Shown here: positions 10,434 through 18,903 of the stretch, piece after piece
Position numbering within the stretch: the first letter of the stretch is position 1
Layout of the letters: every line of letters begins with the position of its first letter
The notes under the pieces: generated by a model
Seen by the model: the letters and a program-made list of their open reading frames with translations, nothing else
What the model was told of the DNA's origin: nothing
The model's database searches: none
DNA from: an uncultured SAR86 cluster bacterium
Lineage (GTDB): Bacteria; Pseudomonadota; Gammaproteobacteria; Magnimaribacterales; D2472
DNA length: 64,000 bases
Direction: 5' to 3'
Assembly: GCA_902520725.1 (NCBI GenBank)
Contig: CABYPB010000006.1
Coordinates: forward strand, 8,310-72,309
Position numbers and translations under genes: made by a program

Positions 10434-10829
10434 ATGCAAATAGTTGCCTTTGATTTTGGAACAAAAAAAATAGGAGTCGCCGTAGGACAAACTGCAACTT
10501 ATACATCTTCACCGCTTCAAATAATTATAAATAAAGATAACAAAGTAAACTGGAGTGAAATCAGTATACTTCTTAATGAGTGGAATCCTGAACTAATAAT
10601 TGTTGGTAAGCCTTTAAATATGGATGGAACCGACAGTGAGATAATGAAACAAGTTGAAAAGTTCTATGAAAAATTAAAACATACCTATGATGTAAATTTA
10701 GAATATATTGATGAAAGACTTACAACATTTGAGGCAAAACAAATCCTTGAAGATACCGATATTGATAAAGTTGATGCTAACGCAGCAAAAATACTTATAG
10801 ATAATTGGTTCGAGATGAATAAAGAATAA
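10434..10829 (+). CDS. ruvX: Pre-16S rRNA nuclease / Holliday-junction-resolvase-like YqgF
   Basis: 'VAFDFGTKKIGVAVG', 'GKPLNMDGT' and 'DERLTTFEA' are YqgF signatures in a 131-aa product. Confidence 0.9.
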   Translation: MQIVAFDFGTKKIGVAVGQTATYTSSPLQIIINKDNKVNWSEISILLNEWNPELIIVGKPLNMDGTDSEIMKQVEKFYEKLKHTYDVNLEYIDERLTTFEAKQILEDTDIDKVDANAAKILIDNWFEMNKE

Positions 10830-10831
10830 TT

Positions 10832-12607
10832 ATGTATATACCTGAAAGTTTTATAGATCGATTGCTCAATTCTGTAAATATTGTTGAAGTAATACAAAAA
10901 CGAAGACAAGTTGAAAGAAGGGGTGGAGCATATATGGCTAAATGCCCTTTTCATAAAGGCGGTGAAGAAAATAATGCTTCAATGAAAATTTATGAAGAAA
11001 CCGGCACATATCACTGTTTTACTTGTAAAGAAACAGGCAATGCAATTAGTTTTCTTAAAAAACATGATAATTTAGATTTTCTAGAAGCCGTTGAGTTATT
11101 GGCCTCATATGTTGGTATGGAAATACCTAAGCAAGAGAAAACTGAGGCGGTTGTGAAATCAACAAACATTAATAACAGAGCTGCTGAAATTTTTTATAAC
11201 CAACTCAAAGAGGAACATAGTAAGCAAACAATTTCTTATTTAAAAGACAGGGGAATTTCTGGCGAAACTGCAAAATTCTTTAATTTAGGTTACTCAAATG
11301 CCAGAACTCCATCCTTAAATGAAAAATTATCAAAAGAATTTAATCAAATCGAGCTTAATGAATCAGGTTTATTTGGTAAAAATGATAATGGAGAACTCTA
11401 CGATAGATTTCGAGATAGACTGATGTTTCCAATAAGAAACGTTAAAGGCGATTGTATTGCCTTTGGTGGCAGGCTTCTAAAAGACAAAGATAATCAGGCA
11501 AAATATTTGAATTCTCCTGAAACAAAAACCTATAAGAAAAAATATGAACTATATGGTTTGTACGAAGTAAGGCAATTAAACAAAAGACCAGATTCAATTT
11601 TTGTTGTGGAAGGTTACATGGATGTAATTGGTCTTTTTCAGCATGGTGTTAAAAATGCTGTGGCATCATCTGGAACAGCTTTTACTCAGGAACAGTTAAG
11701 AAAGATACTTAACTATACAAATACAATTTATATTGTTTTTGATGGTGACGAAGCTGGTTTGAAAGCTTCATGGAGAACAGTAGAGAATTCAATGTCTTTA
11801 CTAAGAGAAGATACTAGAATAAGTTTTATCTTTTTAAAAGAGGGCGAAGATCCAGATAGCTTTATCAAAGATAATGGAAAAGATGCTTTTTTTAATCTTG
11901 CTAAGAATTCAAAACCTCTGTCTGAATATTTCTTTGAAACAGTAAAATCTCAAGATGACCTTTCTTCAATTGAAGGAAGAACAATAACTGCAAAATTTGC
12001 CTTACCCCATATTAAAAACATATCTAACGAAACTTTGAAACAGGCGTATATTAATGAAGCTTCAAGTATTTGTGATTTAGATTTTTCAAAACTTATTAAA
12101 GGAAATGAGGAAAATAAAAGTACTAAAGTAAAACTTAAAAAAGAAATTATTGTTGATAAAAAATCAATAATGAAAAAGTCTGTTTTAGGTATTTTTACTG
12201 TACTAATTCAGTATCCACAATTATCTAACAGTAATTTATTTAATTTATTAACCAAAGATTCAAGATTTTTATTTTTGCTTGATATAAGAGATATCTTTAA
12301 TCAGCATCCAGACTCACCAGCTTCAGTGATATTAGAAAAAATAGAACAAGAAAAGATTAAAAATGTATTTGGAGAAGCTTTAGTTTCAGAAATAAAGTTA
12401 TCCGAAGAAGACGCCAAAGCTATGCTGGAAGATTGCATGGCTTTAATCTTACAATCAGGTTCTGAAAGGGAAGAAATTCTAAAGGAAAAGTATAATATGC
12501 AAGTATTAACTTCTTCTGAAAAGAGAGAATTACAACAAATTATCTTAAAAAAAGATAGAATGTCGCAGGAAGAAGCAGCTTTAATAAAAAATTTAAGCTC
12601 AAATTAG
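10832..12607 (+). CDS. dnaG: DNA primase
   Basis: It has a zinc ribbon 'CPFHKGGEENNASM..YHCFTC', the RNA-polymerase core 'RDRLMFPI', and TOPRIM motifs 'VVEGYMDV' and 'FDGDEAG'. Confidence 0.95.
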   Translation: MYIPESFIDRLLNSVNIVEVIQKRRQVERRGGAYMAKCPFHKGGEENNASMKIYEETGTYHCFTCKETGNAISFLKKHDNLDFLEAVELLASYVGMEIPKQEKTEAVVKSTNINNRAAEIFYNQLKEEHSKQTISYLKDRGISGETAKFFNLGYSNARTPSLNEKLSKEFNQIELNESGLFGKNDNGELYDRFRDRLMFPIRNVKGDCIAFGGRLLKDKDNQAKYLNSPETKTYKKKYELYGLYEVRQLNKRPDSIFVVEGYMDVIGLFQHGVKNAVASSGTAFTQEQLRKILNYTNTIYIVFDGDEAGLKASWRTVENSMSLLREDTRISFIFLKEGEDPDSFIKDNGKDAFFNLAKNSKPLSEYFFETVKSQDDLSSIEGRTITAKFALPHIKNISNETLKQAYINEASSICDLDFSKLIKGNEENKSTKVKLKKEIIVDKKSIMKKSVLGIFTVLIQYPQLSNSNLFNLLTKDSRFLFLLDIRDIFNQHPDSPASVILEKIEQEKIKNVFGEALVSEIKLSEEDAKAMLEDCMALILQSGSEREEILKEKYNMQVLTSSEKRELQQIILKKDRMSQEEAALIKNLSSN

Positions 12608-12666
12608 ATTGATTTATAGTAATCAATCCATACATATAGGGGATATACTCGAGGTACGATTAATCT

Positions 12667-14478
12667 GTGGATAAATTAAATCAAAAAGGCTCCAGAATTG
12701 CTGAGCTTATAGTAAAAGGCAGAGAACAAGGCTATTTAACATACGCTGATGTTAATGATCATTTGCCTGACGACATATCTGATCCTGATCAAGTAGATGA
12801 AATAATTGGGATGATCAACGACTTAGGCCTGCAAGTACACGAAACTGCTCCAGATGCTGACACATTAATGCTAGCAGAATCAGAAAATTCAGACGATATT
12901 GCTTTAGAACAAGCTGCTGAAGCACTTGCAGCTGTTGAAAATGAAACAGGTAGAACAACAGACCCAGTCAGAATGTACATGAGAGAAATGGGAACGGTTG
13001 ATCTTTTAACGCGTGAGGGCGAGATTGAAATTGCAAAAAGAATAGAAGAAGGCATGAGAGATCTTCTTAATGCCAGCGTCCATTATCCTAAGACTGTTGA
13101 ATACGTATTGATATATTGGCAGCTTGTAAAAGATGGTGAAAAGAAAATTAATGATTTCTTGACTGGTTTCTTGGAGGAAATGGAAGAAGTTCCTTCAGCT
13201 GGCCCTGGAACACAAAGAGCTAAAGAAGAGGCTGATGCTGCAGACTCAGACGAGGAAACTTCATCAGGTCCAGACATGAAAGAAGTTCAAAGACGGATGA
13301 CAAATTTAAAACGTCAGTTTAATAAAACAACAAAGGTTATAGAAAAGAAAGGTAGACATTCAAAAGAAGCAAATACAGAATTTAAGAAACTTGGTGATAT
13401 ATTTCAATTCTTAAAATTTAGTCCAAGAATGTTTGACGATATTGCTGCAATTGCAAGACATGGATTAAATAGTCTTCGAGAAAAAGAAAAATTAATACAA
13501 ACTCAACTTGTAAAAAATGCAAGAATCCCACGTAAAGATTTTTTAACTTTATATCCAGATAACTTAACTAAAGTTAGATGGGTTGATAGTTTAATGAAGG
13601 AAAAGAAATATAAAAAAGATCTCTTAGAAAAAGTTAAGCAAGATGTTGTAATTGCTCAAAAAGATATTATAGAACTTGAAAATAAGGTTGGTCTTAACGT
13701 TAGAGAAATAAAAGAAATTAATAGAAATATGTCTATGGGCGAGACCAAAATGCGTCGAGCTAAAAAAGATATGGTAGAAGCTAACTTAAGATTGGTTATT
13801 TCTATTGCAAAAAAATATACAAATCGTGGCCTTCAATTTTTAGATTTAATTCAAGAAGGAAACATAGGCTTAATGAAAGCTGTTGATAAATTTGAATATC
13901 GAAGAGGTTATAAATTCTCTACCTATGCAACTTGGTGGATAAGACAAGCAATCACTAGGTCAATAGCTGATCAGGCAAGAACAATTAGAATTCCGGTCCA
14001 TATGATTGAAACCATTAATAAACTTAATAGAGTATCTCGTCAGATGATGCAGGATATGGGAAGAGAACCAACTCCTGAAGAATTAAGTAAAGAACTTGAT
14101 ATGCCTGAAGATAAAGTAAGAAAAGTTTTAAAAATCGCAAAAGAACCTATTTCAACTGAAACTCCAATCGGAGACGATGAAGATTCAAGTCTAGGAGATT
14201 TTATTGAAGATACTGTTATCGAGTCACCTTTAGAAAATGCTACAGAGGAAAGCCTTCATTTCGCAACAGATGATGTATTGGCATCACTTACAGCAAGAGA
14301 AGCTAAAGTATTAAGAATGAGATTTGGTATTGGTATGAATACTGACCATACTCTGGAAGAAGTTGGTAAGCAGTTTGATGTTACAAGAGAAAGAATAAGG
14401 CAGATTGAAGCTAAAGCTTTAAGAAAATTAAGACATCCAAGCAGGTCAAGTCATCTAAAAAGTTTCTTGGACGAATAA
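12667..14478 (+). CDS. rpoD: RNA polymerase sigma-70 factor
   Basis: Region 1.2 is '[11 protein letters not shown]'. The product also has an acidic spacer, region 2 '[59 protein letters not shown]' and region 4 '[19 protein letters not shown]'. Confidence 0.97.
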   Translation: MDKLNQKGSRIAELIVKGREQGYLTYADVNDHLPDDISDPDQVDEIIGMINDLGLQVHETAPDADTLMLAESENSDDIALEQAAEALAAVENETGRTTDPVRMYMREMGTVDLLTREGEIEIAKRIEEGMRDLLNASVHYPKTVEYVLIYWQLVKDGEKKINDFLTGFLEEMEEVPSAGPGTQRAKEEADAADSDEETSSGPDMKEVQRRMTNLKRQFNKTTKVIEKKGRHSKEANTEFKKLGDIFQFLKFSPRMFDDIAAIARHGLNSLREKEKLIQTQLVKNARIPRKDFLTLYPDNLTKVRWVDSLMKEKKYKKDLLEKVKQDVVIAQKDIIELENKVGLNVREIKEINRNMSMGETKMRRAKKDMVEANLRLVISIAKKYTNRGLQFLDLIQEGNIGLMKAVDKFEYRRGYKFSTYATWWIRQAITRSIADQARTIRIPVHMIETINKLNRVSRQMMQDMGREPTPEELSKELDMPEDKVRKVLKIAKEPISTETPIGDDEDSSLGDFIEDTVIESPLENATEESLHFATDDVLASLTAREAKVLRMRFGIGMNTDHTLEEVGKQFDVTRERIRQIEAKALRKLRHPSRSSHLKSFLDE

Positions 14479-14480
14479 AC

Positions 14481-15116
14481 TTATTTCCAGTTTCCTTTTC
14501 TTCCAGATAAGTCCCAATTAATTCTACTCGACATCAATTCAATTCTTCTCTCGACATATCTTTTAGCGAAGAAGCTTGAATACTTTGGAAGTGGAATGAA
14601 TGCTTGAGATCCTAGACCGTCAATTATTTTTATTATTATTTCATTGTTCTCAATCTTAATAACAAGATTATGCGGAATAAGATTTTTAGTTAAGATAAGA
14701 TTGTCCCTCAACCACTTATGGAATTGATTTATAGCAATCTTAATTTCATCAGTTAACCCATTTGCAAATAAATAGCTCTCTAAAGTTTCAGCAATTTTTT
14801 CATTGTTTTTTATTAACTCAGTTTCAGAAGCCATACCAATGTTTGTTTCAACCATTCCATACCACTTTGCTATATGTTTCCAGACTTCTGAATCATTAGC
14901 TATAAGAGCCTTTTGTTTATATGCTTCTTGCTCTCTTAAGTTATCGTCAAAACTATCTTTTGTTCTAAATTTTTTATACCAAGGTTTATTTTTAATTATT
15001 TTCTCGAGCAACCCAGGATGAATCACTTTAAGACATCTATCAGATTGAGTAGGGTGAATAAAACATTTTCTGTTGCCGCCTTCAGCAAAAGGTGTTGAGC
15101 TACTTAAGTCAATCAT
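14481..15116 (-). CDS. YrbL-family (PhoP-regulatory-network, kinase-like fold) protein
   Basis: The N-terminus 'FAEGGNRKCFIHPTQSDRCLKV' closely parallels E. coli YrbL '..GTGRHRKCYAHPEDAQRCIKI'. The size (211 aa) and the C-terminal region also agree. Confidence 0.7.
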   Translation of the reverse strand: MIDLSSSTPFAEGGNRKCFIHPTQSDRCLKVIHPGLLEKIIKNKPWYKKFRTKDSFDDNLREQEAYKQKALIANDSEVWKHIAKWYGMVETNIGMASETELIKNNEKIAETLESYLFANGLTDEIKIAINQFHKWLRDNLILTKNLIPHNLVIKIENNEIIIKIIDGLGSQAFIPLPKYSSFFAKRYVERRIELMSSRINWDLSGRKGNWK

Positions 15117-15206
15117 AATAAGGTAATAGCCTATCAGGTTTATTTAAAGACTTCCTTAAAAAATTAATTCTTATATAATTATCGCTCTTTTGTTCATATG
15201 AACATT

Positions 15207-15283
15207 GGGCCTGTAGCTCAGTTGGTTAGAGCAGTGGACTCATAATCCATTGGTCGGAGGTTCGAGTCCTCCCGGGCCCACCA
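15207..15283 (+). tRNA. tRNA with CAT anticodon, most likely tRNA-Ile2 (lysidine-CAU) rather than elongator Met
   Basis: A 77-nt cloverleaf was read by hand. The acceptor stem GGGCCTG pairs with CGGGCCC, the anticodon loop is CT-CAT-AA, the T-arm is GGAGG-TTCGAGT-CCTCC, and it ends in an encoded CCA. The C4:G69 and C5:G68 pairs and the TGGTCG variable region resemble E. coli ileX, which also lies just downstream of rpoD. Confidence 0.93.
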
Positions 15284-15413
15284 TACTTTCTTTTTTAACA
15301 ATATTTTTGCTTAAAAGCCTGTAAGGAATGGAGTATGGGACGGTTCCAATTTTGCTATCCTGGATTTCAATAGATTCATCAAAGATATAATCATAAATTA
15401 GCTTTCATAATTT

Positions 15414-16142
15414 CTATAACTCATATGAGCGGTATTCTTTTGCTTGCTTAACTAAGACTTTTCTATAATCAATAGGTTTGAAAATTGGAGCATCAAAATT
15501 AATAAAATATATATTCTCTTTTGAGCTAATGTAATATCCATCTATTGTTAGAGCTATCATTGTTGCATTTTTGTCTCTAATTCCATGGCACGCGTGAAGG
15601 GCCGATTGAATTACATTTGAATGATCATCATTCATATGATCAATCATCATTTGTTCACTTTTAGACCATTTAGGCGAATCGTCTTTCCAATTTTTTGGAT
15701 CAAGCCAAGCTATATCTCCAAAACCTCCAATCCATCTCACCCTTGAAATTTCAAGTTTATAAAACTTAAAGTCATGCATAGATGAATATTTTTTACTTTC
15801 TGGTAAAAATGTTACAAATCTTTCTTGGCAAACTTCTAAGTCATCACTTGGGACAGCTTTTAAATCTCCCATAAGAGTTAACCTAGAACTATTTTGTTTA
15901 TCGAAGTCAGTATCTAATTTAAAAAGCGTTACACAAGCTTTGGAATTTTTTTTAAGATTTATAGTGTGTTGAGCTATATCAGAGGTATACATTAGCAACG
16001 TTCTATTTATATCTGATACATATGTTATGAAGCTACCAAATGGATAACCTTCATATTTTTTTGACATTGTAGACAAAATGGCAGAATTAGCAGATCTATA
16101 TAGCTTTACCGCTTCTAATTCATATTTTTTTCTTTTAAACAT
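15414..16142 (-). CDS. Haem-utilisation protein, HugZ/HutZ-like (PNPOx split-barrel + DUF2470)
   Basis: It has the split-barrel N-terminal pattern and a C-terminal 'MIDHMNDDHSNVIQ' DUF2470 signature. It is the last gene of the hmu operon. Confidence 0.7.
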   Translation of the reverse strand: MFKRKKYELEAVKLYRSANSAILSTMSKKYEGYPFGSFITYVSDINRTLLMYTSDIAQHTINLKKNSKACVTLFKLDTDFDKQNSSRLTLMGDLKAVPSDDLEVCQERFVTFLPESKKYSSMHDFKFYKLEISRVRWIGGFGDIAWLDPKNWKDDSPKWSKSEQMMIDHMNDDHSNVIQSALHACHGIRDKNATMIALTIDGYYISSKENIYFINFDAPIFKPIDYRKVLVKQAKEYRSYEL

Positions 16143-16145
16143 AGC

Positions 16146-16919
16146 TTAATAGTAAGTTATAAACAAAGGATCTTCCTGAACTTTTATCTCAATATCATAA
16201 ACCTTAGATAAGATTTTTGAATTAAGAACCTCTGAAGGCGTTCCTATCTTAACAACGCTGCCTTTATCTAGTAATACAATTTTATCTGAAAATTTTGCAG
16301 CTAAATTCAGATCATGAAGAACTAGCATTACACCCGTTTCATCATTTGCAGCTTCTTTAACTATATTGAGAAGTTTAACTTCATATGTAAGATCAAGATT
16401 GGCTGTAGGTTCGTCTAATAATAAATATTTTGGATCACTTGAGTCTGATGGTCTCCAAAGTTGTAAAAGTGTTCTAGCAAAGTGAATTCTTCTTTGTTCG
16501 CCACCCGATAAAGTATTAAAGTTTCTACTAATCAAATCTTTTACACCACATTTAGTTACTACATCCATAACCGCATTTTCAAATTCAGTAGCATAAGCAC
16601 TCTCTCCTCTATCAATCCAACCCATTTCAATTATTTCTTTAACCGAAAAATCAAAAGCAATCGCTTGAAGTTGAGACATTACGCTTCTCGTAAAAGCTCT
16701 TTCTTGAATATTAACGTCACTGATATCTTTATTATCATAATGTATTGCTCCACTCGTGGGTTTGATATCACCAGCCAATGATTTGAGTAGCGTAGATTTA
16801 CCAGCGCCATTAGGACCAATAACAGATAATATTTCTCCTTGATGAATTTTTATAGAAACATCATTGAGAATCGACCTGTCACCGAGATCTATATTTATTG
16901 AATCAGCTTTAATACTCAT
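16146..16919 (-). CDS. hmuV: Hemin ABC transporter ATP-binding protein
   Basis: It has Walker A 'GPNGAGKST', the signature 'LSGGEQRR' and Walker B 'LLLDEP'. It is adjacent to the FecCD-type permease. Confidence 0.9.
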   Translation of the reverse strand: MSIKADSINIDLGDRSILNDVSIKIHQGEILSVIGPNGAGKSTLLKSLAGDIKPTSGAIHYDNKDISDVNIQERAFTRSVMSQLQAIAFDFSVKEIIEMGWIDRGESAYATEFENAVMDVVTKCGVKDLISRNFNTLSGGEQRRIHFARTLLQLWRPSDSSDPKYLLLDEPTANLDLTYEVKLLNIVKEAANDETGVMLVLHDLNLAAKFSDKIVLLDKGSVVKIGTPSEVLNSKILSKVYDIEIKVQEDPLFITYY

Positions 16920-17956
16920 GATCTTTTAATTCTAAAGATGAGCCATAAAAAGAATGGAGAACCAATAGCACTTGTAATCAAACCTACCGGAAGTTCTGCA
17001 GGTTGAATCATTGTCCTTGCTACCATGTCAGCTGTTATCATCAAAGCGGCTCCAATAAAAGCAGATCCAGGCAAAAGATAGTTATGATTTACACCGCCAA
17101 ATAGCCTTACTAAATGTGGAACAACTAATCCAACAAATCCAATCATTCCTGACAAAGAGACGCTTGCTCCAACTGCTGCAGCACAAGATATAATAATTTT
17201 ATATTTTAGTTTCTTTACATCTACCCCAAGCCTATATGCTTCGGGCTCTCCAAGTTGAATTAAGTCAAGATTTCTTGAAACAGTTATCATTGAAGCGACT
17301 GATATTAATATAATAGTTATTGCTGGTATTAATAGTGGCCATGTAACTCCACCGAAACTACCCATTGTCCAAAACGTTAAACCTCTTAATTCAGAATCCG
17401 TACTTATAAATGTAAGTATTCCAATACCAACACCTGCAATTGCATTTACTGCGATCCCAACAAGCAACATATATGTAACACCTTGATATCCAAATCCTTT
17501 AGTTAACATGTATAGCATCATAATTACTAACATTGCTCCCGAAATTGCTCCCAAAGGCAATAAAAAAGATCCAAGCATAAAACCACTTAAAAAATTTGAA
17601 CCTAAAACAATGACTAAAGTTGCGCCTAGTGCAGCTCCTGCTGAAACACCAATTAAGCCAGGATCAGCTAAAGGGTTTCGGAAAAGTCCTTGAAGCGCAG
17701 CACCTGAGATACCAAGACTGGCACCAACCAAAGCCGCCAATATAACCCTTGGCAATCGTATTTCCAACAAAACTATTTTTGTCAAATCTGAAATCTCACC
17801 TGAAAAAATATCTGTGAAATTAATGGCAATACTTCCATTTACACATGCTAATAGAAAGCAAATAGCGCACAAAATGACAAAAACGTTTAACTTAAATAAT
17901 TGTTTTGATGAGATATGTAGTTTATTTAAATTAATTAAATTAAGAACTTTATTCAT
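16916..17956 (-). CDS. hmuU: Hemin ABC transporter permease (FecCD family)
   Basis: This 346-aa polytopic protein carries 'RLPRVILAALVGASLGISGAALQGLFRNPLADPGLIGVSAGAALG', the canonical FecCD motif. Confidence 0.9.
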   Translation of the reverse strand: MNKVLNLINLNKLHISSKQLFKLNVFVILCAICFLLACVNGSIAINFTDIFSGEISDLTKIVLLEIRLPRVILAALVGASLGISGAALQGLFRNPLADPGLIGVSAGAALGATLVIVLGSNFLSGFMLGSFLLPLGAISGAMLVIMMLYMLTKGFGYQGVTYMLLVGIAVNAIAGVGIGILTFISTDSELRGLTFWTMGSFGGVTWPLLIPAITIILISVASMITVSRNLDLIQLGEPEAYRLGVDVKKLKYKIIISCAAAVGASVSLSGMIGFVGLVVPHLVRLFGGVNHNYLLPGSAFIGAALMITADMVARTMIQPAELPVGLITSAIGSPFFLWLIFRIKRS

Positions 17957-18827
17957 CTTTAGAAATATACCTTAGAGCTACCTCTTTTGCAGAAGATATT
18001 GTTCTAGGTCCAAAGCCAAGCATTGCCATCCCATCAAGGGCTATAATGTTATTTTGCTTCGAGGCAGGAGTGAAAATTAAAGTTGGATGTTGACCAAGCT
18101 TTTCAACAGTTTTAAAAGAGGATAATCCTCTATTAGAAATAATTATGAAATCTGGACTCGCCTCTATTATTGATTCAGTTGAAACAGGCTTCCAACCCTC
18201 AAAAGAATCCATTATATTTATACCACCCGTCATTTTAATAAAACCATCAGCTGAAGTGCCTCTGCCACCAACTGTGGGTGAACCACTTTCCATACCCAAG
18301 ATAAACATTACTTTTTTTGGGCTTTGATTGCTTTTCACAATGCTATGTAGATCATTTGCCTCATTGCGTAAATCATTTAATACAAGATTTTTATCGTAAT
18401 CTGACATATCTAATATATTTGCAACGCACGAAACTTTATCAATAATGCCATCAGCGGTGTTTTCCTCTGGAATTATTTTTATATCTATTCCTACTCTAGA
18501 TAGTTGTTCCATAACTGCAGCAGGACCCATATCGTTTTCACCTAAAATTAGTGATGGTGAAAGAGAAAGAACACCTTCGGCAGATAAAGCTCTTACATAA
18601 CCAATAGAGGGCAGTTCGGATGCCTGTTTTGGAAAGTTTGAAGTTATATCGACAGCAACTAACTTTTCATCTTGTTCAAGAGCATAAATAATTTCTGTAA
18701 TTGAGCCGCCAGCAACAGTAATTCTTGATGCATCCAGAGCTTTATCACAAGCACTGTTTATACCAGCAGAAAAAAGAACTAGTAAGGGTAAGAATTTAAT
18801 TAGTTTATATAATTTAAATATACTCAT
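17949..18827 (-). CDS. hmuT: Periplasmic hemin-binding protein (cluster-8 SBP)
   Basis: It has a signal peptide and 'RITVAGGSITEIIYAL', and the size and operon context match HmuT/ChuT. Confidence 0.8.
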   Translation of the reverse strand: MSIFKLYKLIKFLPLLVLFSAGINSACDKALDASRITVAGGSITEIIYALEQDEKLVAVDITSNFPKQASELPSIGYVRALSAEGVLSLSPSLILGENDMGPAAVMEQLSRVGIDIKIIPEENTADGIIDKVSCVANILDMSDYDKNLVLNDLRNEANDLHSIVKSNQSPKKVMFILGMESGSPTVGGRGTSADGFIKMTGGINIMDSFEGWKPVSTESIIEASPDFIIISNRGLSSFKTVEKLGQHPTLIFTPASKQNNIIALDGMAMLGFGPRTISSAKEVALRYISKDE

Positions 18828-18846
18828 AATTGATTTTTTTGTAAAA

Positions 18847-18875
18847 CTAAATGATAATCATTCTCATTCTCATTT
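18847..18875. promoter_or_regulatory. Fur box in the divergent hmuT / haem-receptor promoter region
   Basis: 'ctaaatgataatcattctc' matches the 19-bp consensus GATAATGATAATCATTATC at 15/19 positions by hand count. It is followed by overlapping 'cattctcatt' repeats. Confidence 0.8.
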
Positions 18876-18903
18876 AATGTAATAAAAAATACAAGGATAA
18901 ATT

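Noticed and set aside
15284-15413. The 130-nt spacer after the tRNA(CAU), inspected for an att remnant, SRP/4.5S RNA or a small ORF.
   Set aside because: Only very short ORFs (under 20 codons) are present. There is no SRP 'GGAAGCAGCC'-type motif and no repeat of the tRNA 3' end.
18851-18875. Short tandem 'cattctcattctcatt' repeats here and at 27796-27809, checked as a possible CRISPR or microsatellite.
   Set aside because: There are only 2-3 overlapping hexamer units, which coincide with Fur-box half-sites. No spacer-repeat periodicity occurs anywhere in the window.
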